A stretch of 64,000 bases of DNA from Acidimicrobiia bacterium (GTDB lineage: Bacteria; Actinomycetota; Acidimicrobiia; Spongiisociales; Spongiisociaceae), in assembly GCA_041576165.1 (NCBI GenBank), contig JBFGLM010000020.1, positions 1-64,000 on the forward strand, in the 5' to 3' direction. Positions 10,308-20,063 of this stretch are shown here, in pieces. Every line of letters begins with the position of its first letter. The stretch's first letter is position 1. The notes beneath the pieces are model-generated. The model was not told where the DNA came from and did not search any database. It was given only the letters and a program-made list of their open reading frames with translations. The position numbers were made by a program, and so were the translations under genes.

Positions 10308-11509
10308 CCCGCCGGCCTGTGGCGCGGCTGCTGGGCGGGGGAGCATGCAGGTCGCGCCACCAAACGCCCCGCCGGCGGGCCCGCCGGCTGACGGCCTTGC
10401 TCGCCGCACTGGCGACGGTCGTGGCGGCGTGCACGTCGGGCTCGTCTACCACGACCACCACCGGGGCCGGCGCTCCCACCACCACCCGGCCGGCGGCGAC
10501 CACGGCGACCACCGCGCAGACAACGACGACCACGCGGCCCGAGGCGACCACAACGGCGCCGGCTCCCGCGTCAACCACCACGACCACGCTCCAACCCATC
10601 CCGGTTGCTGAGCTCGAGCTGGTCGCCTACCGGGTGCCGGCGGGGTCCAGGCCGCACGACGTAGCCCCGGCACTCGACGGCGGCGTCTGGTACACCGCCC
10701 AGGGGTCCGGCGAGTTGGGCTGGCTCGACCCGGCCACCGGCGAGACCCGCCACATCCCGCTCGGGTCCGGGTCACGACCGCACGGCGTCATTATCGACGA
10801 CCTCGGCGCGGCGTGGGTGACCGACGGCGGGCTCAACGCCATCGTCCGGGTCGATCCGGACACCGACGAGGTGACCGTCTACCCGCTGCCGGACGATCGA
10901 CCCGACGCCAACCTCAACACCGCCGCCTTCGACGCCGAGGGGCACCTGTGGTTCACGGGCCAGAACGGCATCCACGGCGTCCTGGATCCCGCCACCGGGG
11001 CCATGGAGGTGTTCGATTCGCCGCGGGGACGTGGGCCCTACGGCATCGCCGCCACCCCGCTCGGCACCATCTACTACGCCTCGCTGGCCGGTAGTTACGT
11101 CGGGTTGGTCGACCCCGACGGTTCGGTGACCGTGCTGGAGCCGCCAACACCGGCCCAGGGCGCCCGGCGCGTGTGGTCGGATTCGGCCAGCGCCCTCTGG
11201 GTGAGCGAGTGGAACTCGGGCCAGCTCAGCCGCTACGAACCTGGGTCGGACCGGTGGAACACCTGGCCGCTGCCTGGTGACGCCGCCCAGGCCTATGCCG
11301 TATACGTGGACGATACCGACATAGTCTGGCTCAGCGACTTCGGCGGCAATGCGATCCATCGCTTCGACCCGGCCACCGAAACCTTCGACACCTTCCCGCT
11401 GCCCTCCAACCCGGGCAACGTCCGCCAGATCCTCGGTCGCCCCGGCGAGGTGTGGGGCGCCGAATCCGCCGCCGATCAGCTCATCGTCATCCGCCGCCGA
11501 CAAGGGTGA
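10304..11509 (+). CDS. Vgb (virginiamycin B lyase)-like beta-propeller lipoprotein with Thr-rich linker; start uncertain
   Basis: Lipobox VVAAC; poly-Thr linker; repeated PHDV/PHGV/PYGI...DGxVW blades. Confidence 0.8.
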   Translation: MTRRPVARLLGGGACRSRHQTPRRRARRLTALLAALATVVAACTSGSSTTTTTGAGAPTTTRPAATTATTAQTTTTTRPEATTTAPAPASTTTTTLQPIPVAELELVAYRVPAGSRPHDVAPALDGGVWYTAQGSGELGWLDPATGETRHIPLGSGSRPHGVIIDDLGAAWVTDGGLNAIVRVDPDTDEVTVYPLPDDRPDANLNTAAFDAEGHLWFTGQNGIHGVLDPATGAMEVFDSPRGRGPYGIAATPLGTIYYASLAGSYVGLVDPDGSVTVLEPPTPAQGARRVWSDSASALWVSEWNSGQLSRYEPGSDRWNTWPLPGDAAQAYAVYVDDTDIVWLSDFGGNAIHRFDPATETFDTFPLPSNPGNVRQILGRPGEVWGAESAADQLIVIRRRQG

Positions 11510-11657
11510 CGGCCTCGACAGCCGCCCGTCCCACCTAGCGACGGCGCCGGGAGCCGTGAGTCGGAGCCCCGGCGGCGGAGGCCGGGGCGGTGGAGATGGC
11601 CAAGGACCCTACCTGCCTGCCACCAGGTGCCATAACGTCCAGAGAGGAGGTGCAGGG

Positions 11658-13553
11658 ATGTCGGATCGCCGTCCTGTGAGCGGTGCAATGGACCCTGCCG
11701 ACACCCTGGTCCTCGCCGTTGTGGGCATCGACGGCTGCGGCAAGTCGTCCACGGTACGGGGTGCGCTGGCGCAGCTCGCTCCAGAAATGCCGGTCGCGTC
11801 GATCGGCGACTACGTGACGACCGGCCGTCCGGGCGAGGAGGTACGACAGCGTGACGACATTCCGCTGTCCCGCTCTGCCCGGGCCATCGGAGCTGTCGCC
11901 AAAGGTCTGCGCCGGCCCGACCTCTATAAGAACTTGAAGCTGCTCGAATTCACCGAGCGCACGCACATCCGCAACCATCTGCTGTTGCACGAACCCCCGG
12001 CCGTCATCCTGGGCGACGGCGACCCGCTGGTGAACGTGGCGGCGTGGGCGGCGGCCAAGTACCTGCGGGAAGAACTGGCCGGCGACGACGCCCGGTTGCT
12101 CGATCTCATGGAATTCATGGCCGGCATCCGCCGTATCCCCGCCAAGGAGATTCCCTATTACCTCCGGCACGTGTGGCAGCTGGCGTTCGCTAACTGGCTG
12201 CATATCGCTCCGTTCCCCGTCCCCGATCACGTGATCCTGCTCGAGATCGCGCCGGAAGTCTCCCTCGCCCGGATCCGAGCCCGGGGCCGTCCCCTGCAGG
12301 TGCACGAGACCGACGCCTTCCTCGCCGATCTGGCCGAGGGCTACGACCGGGTGTGCAAACTCCTGGCGACGCGTTTCGGCATCGAGGTCGTGCGCCTGCG
12401 GGTCGACCGGTTGGGGCTGGACGAAACAGTGGAGGCCGCTGCCAAGGCGGTCCGCCGGGCGGTTGCGCAACGTCGTCACCCGAGGTCGCCCGGTCCGGTC
12501 AACCCTGATGACATTCACGTGATTGCGACCACTATGTCGGGGTCGTTTGCCGACCAGAAGAAGGTGGCGCGCATCGAGCCGACCTTCCGGGAACTCACCG
12601 ACCTGCCGATCCAAATGCACGTCGCCGACACCCACGGGGCCGCAGAGCGGATAGCCCACGACATCGTCGAGAGTGGCGGGCGGACAATGGTCTCCGCCGG
12701 CGGTGCCGGCACCATGAACGCCGTCCTCGAGGGAGGGCATGTCGACGGCGCTGTGCCCGGCGACCTCCATCTCGTCTTCATGCGCAAGGGTTCGGCCGAC
12801 CTGGTCGGTAAGGCGCTCCACATGCCCGACGACCTGGAGGAGGCGGCAGTCGCCATCGCCGGGGCGATCAGCGCCGATAGATACCTGGCGGCCGACGTCC
12901 TCTCGGTGGAAACCGCCGAACCCTATGGGCGGATTCAGGTCCGGCACATGCTGGGGTTCGGGGGGATTGGCGTTTTCGGCGATGTGCCCCGATTCACCGA
13001 GAGTCGGTTCATCAAGTACTACAAAGGTCTGCTGGGAACCCTTTTCGGGGATCTCGGACCGTTCTTTGTCGGTTTGGCACTGGCAGCGCTCACCTGGGGC
13101 GGGCGCTGCATCCTACGGCGGGTCCCGCGCTTCGAACTGGAACTGGACGGAGCGCGGTTACCCGCTGCGCGCTGGCAGTCGGTCATCTTCCTGAACGGCG
13201 ACCTCGGCAAGGACTTCCCACTCGGCAGGCATCTGCCATTCCAAAGCGGCACCCTTCGGGTAGTCGTGCTCCACCATCGCGGCATCCGGGCGATCCTGCG
13301 CCAGGTCACCGGCAGCCGCACCGGCAGATTGCTCGACGCGCCCGCTGCGTACGACGCGACGGTTCGCGATGTGCGCACTCTGGTCGCCCGCCCGGTCGGA
13401 CGGAGCCGCTCATTCATGGTGAATGTCGACGGACTGGCGCTGCGTACCGCCGGCACGGTGCGCGTCGGCGTCTCCGGCCGGGTCCTGCTGCTCGACGCCG
13501 GCCGATCGACCGAGCGGCCGGTCCCGGGCGCGGCCGCCATCGAAGCGGGCTGA
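11658..13553 (+). CDS. Fusion of a thymidylate-kinase-like P-loop domain and a diacylglycerol-kinase-like domain
   Basis: GIDGCGKSS P-loop; PDHVILLE..PEVSLARIRARG lid; SAGGAGTMNAV, GIG and NVDG DAGK-like motifs; GGAGG RBS. Confidence 0.7.
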   Translation: MSDRRPVSGAMDPADTLVLAVVGIDGCGKSSTVRGALAQLAPEMPVASIGDYVTTGRPGEEVRQRDDIPLSRSARAIGAVAKGLRRPDLYKNLKLLEFTERTHIRNHLLLHEPPAVILGDGDPLVNVAAWAAAKYLREELAGDDARLLDLMEFMAGIRRIPAKEIPYYLRHVWQLAFANWLHIAPFPVPDHVILLEIAPEVSLARIRARGRPLQVHETDAFLADLAEGYDRVCKLLATRFGIEVVRLRVDRLGLDETVEAAAKAVRRAVAQRRHPRSPGPVNPDDIHVIATTMSGSFADQKKVARIEPTFRELTDLPIQMHVADTHGAAERIAHDIVESGGRTMVSAGGAGTMNAVLEGGHVDGAVPGDLHLVFMRKGSADLVGKALHMPDDLEEAAVAIAGAISADRYLAADVLSVETAEPYGRIQVRHMLGFGGIGVFGDVPRFTESRFIKYYKGLLGTLFGDLGPFFVGLALAALTWGGRCILRRVPRFELELDGARLPAARWQSVIFLNGDLGKDFPLGRHLPFQSGTLRVVVLHHRGIRAILRQVTGSRTGRLLDAPAAYDATVRDVRTLVARPVGRSRSFMVNVDGLALRTAGTVRVGVSGRVLLLDAGRSTERPVPGAAAIEAG

Positions 13554-13555
13554 GC

Positions 13556-16063
13556 GTGGAGACCCTCGTAGACCTGCTACGCCAGGCGGCGATGCGGTAT
13601 GGCGACCGGCCCGCGTTGACCAGCCACGAGGGACTTCGCTCACAGACCTGGAGCTACTCCAGGCTGTGGGCCGCGGCGCAGGCGCTGGCCCGCCATTTTC
13701 GGCAGCACCACCACCTGGCTCCCGGCACTCCGGTCGTGTTGTGGGCAACGAACTCTCCCGAATTGGTCGCGGCGATGTTCGGCGCGATGACCGCCGGGCT
13801 GGTGGTGGTGCCGTTCGACCCATCGGCGACGCCCGAATTCGTGCGCCGGGTGGCCGCCATCACTCGGGCGGGACTCGTTGTGTCGACGGCCGGGGCAGCG
13901 GCGGATCTCGGAGTGGCAGCAATAGGGCTCGCCGGCCTTCCCTTCGACACCGAGGGCGATCCGCTGCTCGACCAACCGAGCCCCGACGACGTGGCGGAAG
14001 TGGTCTTCACGTCCGGCACCACCGGCACCCCGAAAGGGGTCGTGCTCTCGCACCGCAACATCACCTCGAATGTTGGCGCGGCCCTGCGGTTGGTTCCAGA
14101 TCGACCGTTCCGCCTGATCTCTCTGCTGCCCCTCTCGCACATGTTCGAGCAGACCGTCGGCCTCTACGGCCCACTGAAGATCGGGTCCACTATTCACTAT
14201 CCGAGCAGTCTCCGCGCCCCGGTGATCGTCAAGGCGATCCGCCGCAACCGGGTCAGCGCCATGGTTGTCGTACCGCGAGTGCTCGAGCTGATGATGGATC
14301 AGATCGAGCGGGCTGTGGCCCGGGGCGGGAACGTGCGACGGTGGGAGGCAGCCCACCGCCTGGCCCGCCGCCTGCCCCTGGGTGCCCGCCGCTGGCTATT
14401 CCGCCCGGTCCATCGTTCGCTCGGCGGCCACCTGCGGCACGTGATCTGCGGTGGTGCGCATCTCCCGGTCGAACTCGCCGCCGCGTGGGAACGTATCGGC
14501 ATCCGGGTCGTCGAGGGCTACGGAACGACTGAGTGCTCACCCATCGTCTCCGCCAACACTTATTGGGAACGACGCCTGGGGTCCGTGGGTCGGCCGCTAG
14601 CCGGCGTCGAAGTGCACATGTCCAGTGACGGTGAGATCCTGGTGCGAGGACCGAATGTGTTCAACCGCTACTGGGATGCGCCGGACGCGACTGCCCGGGC
14701 GCTCGACGAGCACGGCTGGTACCACACGGGCGACCTGGCGTCGCTCGACGACGAGGGGTATCTGACAATCATCGGTCGCCGTTCCGATCGCATCGTTCTG
14801 CCCAGCGGCCTCAACGTCTACCCGGAAGACATCGAGAACGAGCTCAGAGAAGAACCTGAGGTCGACGACTGTGTCGTCCTGTCGATGCCGGATGCAGCCG
14901 GCCGGCCCCGGATATGGGCGGTGGTCATCCCGGGCAGCACCGATGGCGGACCGCCTGCTGAGTCGTCCGCCATCGAAGCGGCGATGCGCCGGGCGTCGCA
15001 ACGTCTCGCCCCCCACCAGCGGCCCGCCGGGTGGAGCCTTTGGCCGGGCGGCGAGTTCCCCCGCACGAACCTGGGCAAGGTGAAACGATTCGAGGTTGAG
15101 CACGCGGTCGTGGCCGCTGTCTCGGCGCCGGCACCCAGTCGGGCCGAACCGGTATACCCGCCCGGACCGTTCGACCGGCTGCGCCGGCTGCTGGCCGAGG
15201 TGGGGCGCCTGGACGTGGATCGAGTTCATCCGGCGAGCGATCTCACGCTCGACCTGGGCCTCGATTCCCTGGGGCTGCTGGAGCTGGCGGTGGCGTTGGA
15301 AGACGAGTTGGGAATCGTCATCGAGGACGGCGACCTCGCGGAGGTCGGCTCGGTCGGCGATCTATGGGACCTGATCAAACGCGAGACAGCAGCGACGCCC
15401 GAGAAGCCGGCCCCAGACTGGCCCCGGGCGTGGTGGGCGCGTTGGTTGCGCAGCGTGCTGCAACGCGCCCTGCTGTCCCCTGCGCATCGGCTCGTCGCCC
15501 GCCCGTTCCGAGTGAAAGGCCAAGGCGTGTTCGACGGGGTGACGGGACCGGTGCTGATGGTCGCCAACCATTGCAGCCACGCCGACACGCCATCGATTCT
15601 CCGGGCCCTGCCCGCTCGAATCCGGCGGCGAACCATGGTGGCGGCAGCCGCCGACTACTTCTATCGCTCGGAGCTGCTGGGTGCCTGGTTGAGTCTCTCC
15701 CTCGGGACGTTCCCGTTCACCCGGGAGGGGTCTGTTCGCCCCAGCCTGGAGCGGTGCGGAGCACTGGCCGACGACGGCTGGTCGATTCTCATCTACCCGG
15801 AGGGAACCCGGTCGGTGACCGGAACACTGGCGCCATTCCAACGAGGCATTGGCTACCTGGCTATGCAATTGGCGGTTCCCGTCATCCCGATCGGGATCGT
15901 CGGAACGTACCGGGTGTGGCCCAAAGGGCGAAGACTCCCCACCCGGGGCGCCGTGACCGTTCGCTTCGGGCCCCCGATCGAAGTAGGCCCTGACGACACC
16001 GGCGTCGTGGAACGGCTGGAATCCGCGGTGGCCGCCCTCAGCTGCCATCCGGCGCCGGTGTAG
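13556..16063 (+). CDS. Long-chain acyl-CoA/AMP ligase + ACP + lysophospholipid acyltransferase fusion (Aas-like)
   Basis: FTSGTTGTPKG; GYGTTE; YHTGD; LGLDSL (Ppant Ser); NHCSHAD (HX4D); YPEGTRS. Confidence 0.9.
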   Translation: METLVDLLRQAAMRYGDRPALTSHEGLRSQTWSYSRLWAAAQALARHFRQHHHLAPGTPVVLWATNSPELVAAMFGAMTAGLVVVPFDPSATPEFVRRVAAITRAGLVVSTAGAAADLGVAAIGLAGLPFDTEGDPLLDQPSPDDVAEVVFTSGTTGTPKGVVLSHRNITSNVGAALRLVPDRPFRLISLLPLSHMFEQTVGLYGPLKIGSTIHYPSSLRAPVIVKAIRRNRVSAMVVVPRVLELMMDQIERAVARGGNVRRWEAAHRLARRLPLGARRWLFRPVHRSLGGHLRHVICGGAHLPVELAAAWERIGIRVVEGYGTTECSPIVSANTYWERRLGSVGRPLAGVEVHMSSDGEILVRGPNVFNRYWDAPDATARALDEHGWYHTGDLASLDDEGYLTIIGRRSDRIVLPSGLNVYPEDIENELREEPEVDDCVVLSMPDAAGRPRIWAVVIPGSTDGGPPAESSAIEAAMRRASQRLAPHQRPAGWSLWPGGEFPRTNLGKVKRFEVEHAVVAAVSAPAPSRAEPVYPPGPFDRLRRLLAEVGRLDVDRVHPASDLTLDLGLDSLGLLELAVALEDELGIVIEDGDLAEVGSVGDLWDLIKRETAATPEKPAPDWPRAWWARWLRSVLQRALLSPAHRLVARPFRVKGQGVFDGVTGPVLMVANHCSHADTPSILRALPARIRRRTMVAAAADYFYRSELLGAWLSLSLGTFPFTREGSVRPSLERCGALADDGWSILIYPEGTRSVTGTLAPFQRGIGYLAMQLAVPVIPIGIVGTYRVWPKGRRLPTRGAVTVRFGPPIEVGPDDTGVVERLESAVAALSCHPAPV

Positions 16064-16199
16064 CCTTTCGGGCCTCAATCCGGCGCCGGGCAGGGCGGCG
16101 TCGGAGTCTGGGGAACCGAGTCAGCGCCCACACGCTGCCGCCACGCGACACCGGCAATTCGGTTGCGATTCGGCGCCCTGCGCATCCATCCTGGCGGCC

Positions 16200-17096
16200 A
16201 TGCCCGCCGCCAGGATGCACCGGGACCAAGTTGACACCGAGGCGATGCTTGTGCGCCGCCTCCTGGCGAGCCAGTTCTCGCAGTGGGCGGACCTGCCGAT
16301 CGAGCCGGTCGAGTCGCAGGGCACCGACCACGACATCTATCGGCTCGGCGACCGGATGGCGGTGCGGCTGCCGAAGATCGGTTGGGCGACCGCCCAGGCG
16401 GAAAAGGAGCGGATGTGGCTGCCGAGAATCGCGCCTCACCTGCCCCTGGCGGTACCGACCCAGGTGGCGATGGGCCGTCCCGCCTCAGGCTATCCGTACG
16501 AATGGTCGGTGTGTCACTGGCTGCCCGGCGAGACCGCCGACAGGTCGAACGCCGACCTGAATCAAGTCGCGGTCGATCTCGCCGGTTTCGTCAAGGCCCT
16601 CCGTCGGATTCCGACGGACGGCGCACCACCCCGCCCACCCGACACCCGGGGCGGCCCGTTGTCCGAGCTGGACGACCAGTTCCAGCGTGCCGTCGGCGAG
16701 TTGGGACAGCGCGTCGACGCCCACAAAACGCTGCGCCTCTGGGAGGAGTCGCTCGCAACTCCGGCCTGGGAGGACGACGAAGTATGGGTGCACGGCGACC
16801 TCTTGCCCGGCAATCTGCTGGTTGTGGACGGCGTGCTGTCGGCTGTGATCGACTTCGGCTGCCTCAACGTAGGCGACCCGGCCTGCGACCTGCTCCCCGC
16901 GTGGAATCTCTTCACCGGCGAAAGCCGCCGCCGGTTCCGGACCGACCTCGCCCCTGACTCGGCGTCGTGGCTGCGCGGCCGGGGCTGGGCGCTATACCAG
17001 GCGGTCGTGGCTCTTCCCTATTACTGGCACACCAATCCCACGATCGTCCGTCAGGCCTCTCACGCGCTGGCCGAGATTTGCTCGGACCGCGAATAG
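16200..17096 (+). CDS. Aminoglycoside phosphotransferase (APH)-family kinase
   Basis: HGDLLPGN; VIDFG; GDPACDL; RGRGWAL. Confidence 0.9.
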   Translation: MPAARMHRDQVDTEAMLVRRLLASQFSQWADLPIEPVESQGTDHDIYRLGDRMAVRLPKIGWATAQAEKERMWLPRIAPHLPLAVPTQVAMGRPASGYPYEWSVCHWLPGETADRSNADLNQVAVDLAGFVKALRRIPTDGAPPRPPDTRGGPLSELDDQFQRAVGELGQRVDAHKTLRLWEESLATPAWEDDEVWVHGDLLPGNLLVVDGVLSAVIDFGCLNVGDPACDLLPAWNLFTGESRRRFRTDLAPDSASWLRGRGWALYQAVVALPYYWHTNPTIVRQASHALAEICSDRE

Positions 17097-17202
17097 TGGC
17101 CAAGCGAAACGGCCCTGGGTGCCTCTTCCTCAGCGCGCGAGTTGCTAGTTGTATCTCACTGCAGAACGACTTCTCCTCCGGGTCCTCGTCCGTCTCGAGG
17201 CC

Positions 17203-17706
17203 TCACGCCGTGAACGTGCCCGGCCGGGGTTGCAGCTCTGGTTGTGAATACTCCGGCTCCCACGGGAACCGGCCGGCCTCATCGTCATAACTCAGCTGCA
17301 GCACCGGCACCGATACTTCCGGCGGCCGCTGGTAGTAACGGTTGGCGCCCAGCACGATCGTGCCCGGATTGGGGACCAGCTCCGGGATGATCCGACGGTC
17401 CCAGGCCTCGACCTCGATCATCCGACCGGGAAGGAGACTCTCCCCGGCTCGTATCCGCCCGCCGAGCTCGTTGAGCAACGCGCCTGCCAGCGCTTCGCTC
17501 ACACCGAATACCAGCAGCTCGGGATGATCGAGCCCGAACAGGCCGATGGTGTACGCGAACGGCGGCCCTTCGTTCTGCGAGGGACAACAGCCGGGCGCAG
17601 AACAGCGCTCGCCACCCACGTATTGAATAGCCCAGCCGTACTGACGAACCATCCTGGTCAGGTGGGCGTCTTCCTGGTCGATCCACGCTTGCATGCGGGC
17701 ATCCAT
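17203..17706 (-). CDS. DUF4262 family protein
   Basis: YGWAIQYV; FAYTIGL..LDHPELLVFG; LQL..DEAGRFPWE. Confidence 0.8.
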   Translation of the reverse strand: MDARMQAWIDQEDAHLTRMVRQYGWAIQYVGGERCSAPGCCPSQNEGPPFAYTIGLFGLDHPELLVFGVSEALAGALLNELGGRIRAGESLLPGRMIEVEAWDRRIIPELVPNPGTIVLGANRYYQRPPEVSVPVLQLSYDDEAGRFPWEPEYSQPELQPRPGTFTA

Positions 17707-17877
17707 GGCATTCCCCTTGTCGGTCTCAAATGAACGTATCGCGCAGGAGTGACAAGAAGCCGCGGCCAGAGCACCGACCGAGGCTCCTGGCCAGTCCCGA
17801 CCCATCTCCCTCCCGATCGGCGAATAGCCGATCGGGTGTACTTCTCACACTGGCTGCGCCAACCGTGGGCCGCACGG

Positions 17878-18600
17878 TCAGCTGCCCACCGGCACTGTGG
17901 CGACCTCGTGTTCCATGTCTTCCGCCGCTACCTCGGGCAGCTCGTCAACGACCGCCTCGGGATGATCCCGCATCGCCAGCTCCAGCGTCCGCGGGCGCAG
18001 CTTGACGCTGATTCGATCCGGCACCGGCCGCAGGGCGCGTACCCCCTGGCGTACCAGGCGGCCGCCGATCATCGTGAGCACTAGGAACAACCCGATCACC
18101 AGCACCACCACCCCAACGCCCTTGGCCGCTCGATCGACCGCGTCGATGACGTTGTTGGCGAGATCGTTCAGCCCGATCGCACCCTCACCCGAGTTCTCCG
18201 ACCCGGGCTCGATTCCGACCGCGGCTTCTGCCCGGCTGGTGAGACCAGTCGCGTCAATTACCTCGAGTGTGACGGTCCATTCCCCCTCACCGTCGTAGCG
18301 ATGGATCGGATTCGGATCCTCGCTCCCAGCTCCGTCGCCAAAATCCCATGCCCAGCCCTCGATCGTGGCGTCGCCGGCGGTGGAAGTATCAACGAACTCG
18401 ACATCCATCCCCGATGACATCCACTCAAAGGACGCTTCCGGTCCGGTGGCTCCTTCTGCGGGAACCCACTCGTCGAAGTAATCACCGGGCGCACCGATCA
18501 TGGCGAAGGCCGACCAGAACACAATAAGGAGAAGGACGACGCCCACCGCGATGAGACCACCGGCCCACCAGCGCGCGATGCGATCAGACGAGTTCAACAT
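17878..18600 (-). CDS. Membrane-anchored PKD-domain protein
   Basis: WAWDFGDG...NPIHRY..GEWTVTLEV between two TM helices; AAGGAGG RBS. Confidence 0.8.
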   Translation of the reverse strand: MLNSSDRIARWWAGGLIAVGVVLLLIVFWSAFAMIGAPGDYFDEWVPAEGATGPEASFEWMSSGMDVEFVDTSTAGDATIEGWAWDFGDGAGSEDPNPIHRYDGEGEWTVTLEVIDATGLTSRAEAAVGIEPGSENSGEGAIGLNDLANNVIDAVDRAAKGVGVVVLVIGLFLVLTMIGGRLVRQGVRALRPVPDRISVKLRPRTLELAMRDHPEAVVDELPEVAAEDMEHEVATVPVGS

Positions 18601-18755
18601 GACCCGCACCTCCTTGGTCCGACTAGAACCAGGTTGCGACCACGGCGCTCAGCCGCCAAGGGACCATCGTCATCAATCTGGGCCAATTAGGCGGTAAGTG
18701 TCGGCTTCGCCAGGGCCGGGACTGCCGGCACCCGGCGAAGCCCACCTGGATGAGT

Positions 18756-19790
18756 TCAGCCCGCCATGCTGCGGTCGATGCTCCAGACACGAGACGGCAT
18801 CGCTCCATCGCGTTGCGCCTCATACCGAGATCGGCCCGGACCCAGGATCGTGTTATCGGTTCCTTCGTCCAGCACGTCGTCGTCCGGATTCTCGGTTATT
18901 ACGAGATCGTTGAACGAGCCCGGACCCAGCCAGATCTTCGCCACGGCCGCTCCGAGTCCCGTCACATCGTTGTTCCGGATCTGCCAGTTACCGGATGGCT
19001 CACCTTCGACGCCGTGGTACACGGCCGCGGTGCCTGCATTGCCCGTGAACGCGTTTCGGATCACCGAGACATCGTTGGCTCCGAGCCCGAAGATCCCACC
19101 GAACTCGATGTTCTTGAGGTTGTAGTGGTTCTTGACGAACCGGACGTTGGCCCTGGTTTCGCCGGTGATCAACGCCCCGAGGTCAAACACCCCGCCACCG
19201 TCGGCGAATCTGATGGCGTCGACGGTGTTGTAGGCGACCAAGAAGTTCGACAGCGCTGGTGCCGGATATCCAGCGGTCTCCGCGCCGACCCCTTGGACGA
19301 AGAGGGTTCCCCACGCTTCGGCATCGGCGATGTGGTTGTGCGAAACGGTGACGTCCGAGTTGCTCACCTCGAGAGTGAGGACGCCAACCGCCACATTCTG
19401 CATCGTGTTCCCGGTGTGACGACTTCCGCCCACGACCAACCGGCCGTCAGCGAAGCCGGCCACCGCGACTCCTTCCGCCACGCTTTCGAAGTGCGACCGC
19501 ACGACATGGTGTGAACCGCTGACCGGACCCCACAGGACCGGGGGACATTCGATCGCGATTGTGCCCGCAATCCAGACACCGTGAATAACGGCGGGATCTC
19601 CAGTTGCAAGGTCAAACGGCGGCCCGCGGAACACCGAATCCGATACCTGAGAACTGACTTGATCGACCCGCGGGTTGTCGCAGTCGTAGGGCCCGGCGGT
19701 TCCGGGTCCCCCGAACTGGATGATCCCGCCGAACAAGAAGGTGTCGGGCTCCTAGCCAAATGAACGGCCGGAATTGGGCTTGCGGAACAT
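18756..19790 (-). pseudogene. Right-handed beta-helix protein, interrupted or truncated at its N-terminus
   Basis: Repeating NxI/NxF beta-helix rungs; ATG at 19790 with RBS is followed by an in-frame TAG at 19752-19754; no signal peptide. Confidence 0.5.
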
Positions 19791-20063
19791 GAGCGAACCC
19801 CCTTGATGAGGCGGCACCAGCGCATGGTGTGGGCACTCCCCGAATCGAATCTACACGCCACATCCTGTGGCAGGGACCCATCCCGACATTGAGGCGATCG
19901 AGCGCATCACGACGGGACGCAATCCCACCAGGCGCTCGTTTCCGGCTTCGCCCTTGAGCTTCCTCCAAGCGCCGTCCGCCACTCTGGCCATGGCGGCACT
20001 GGAAGTCTCAGCATGGCGAAAGATCGGGCCCCAGCCGACGAGTTGGCCCCCTATGTTCTGGAG

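Noticed and set aside
10440-10590. ACC/ACG-rich repeats (also 38380-38460) as an array or CRISPR
   Set aside because: They encode Thr-rich lipoprotein linkers; there is no repeat-spacer periodicity and no cas gene.
11535-12947. Long antisense ORFs here and across the window
   Set aside because: Expected in high-GC DNA opposite real genes; no recognisable motifs or RBS.
2031-17096. Antibiotic-resistance island (beta-lactamase, Vgb, APH, GNAT)
   Set aside because: These are generic superfamily members common in Actinomycetota; there is no mobile element or compositional shift.
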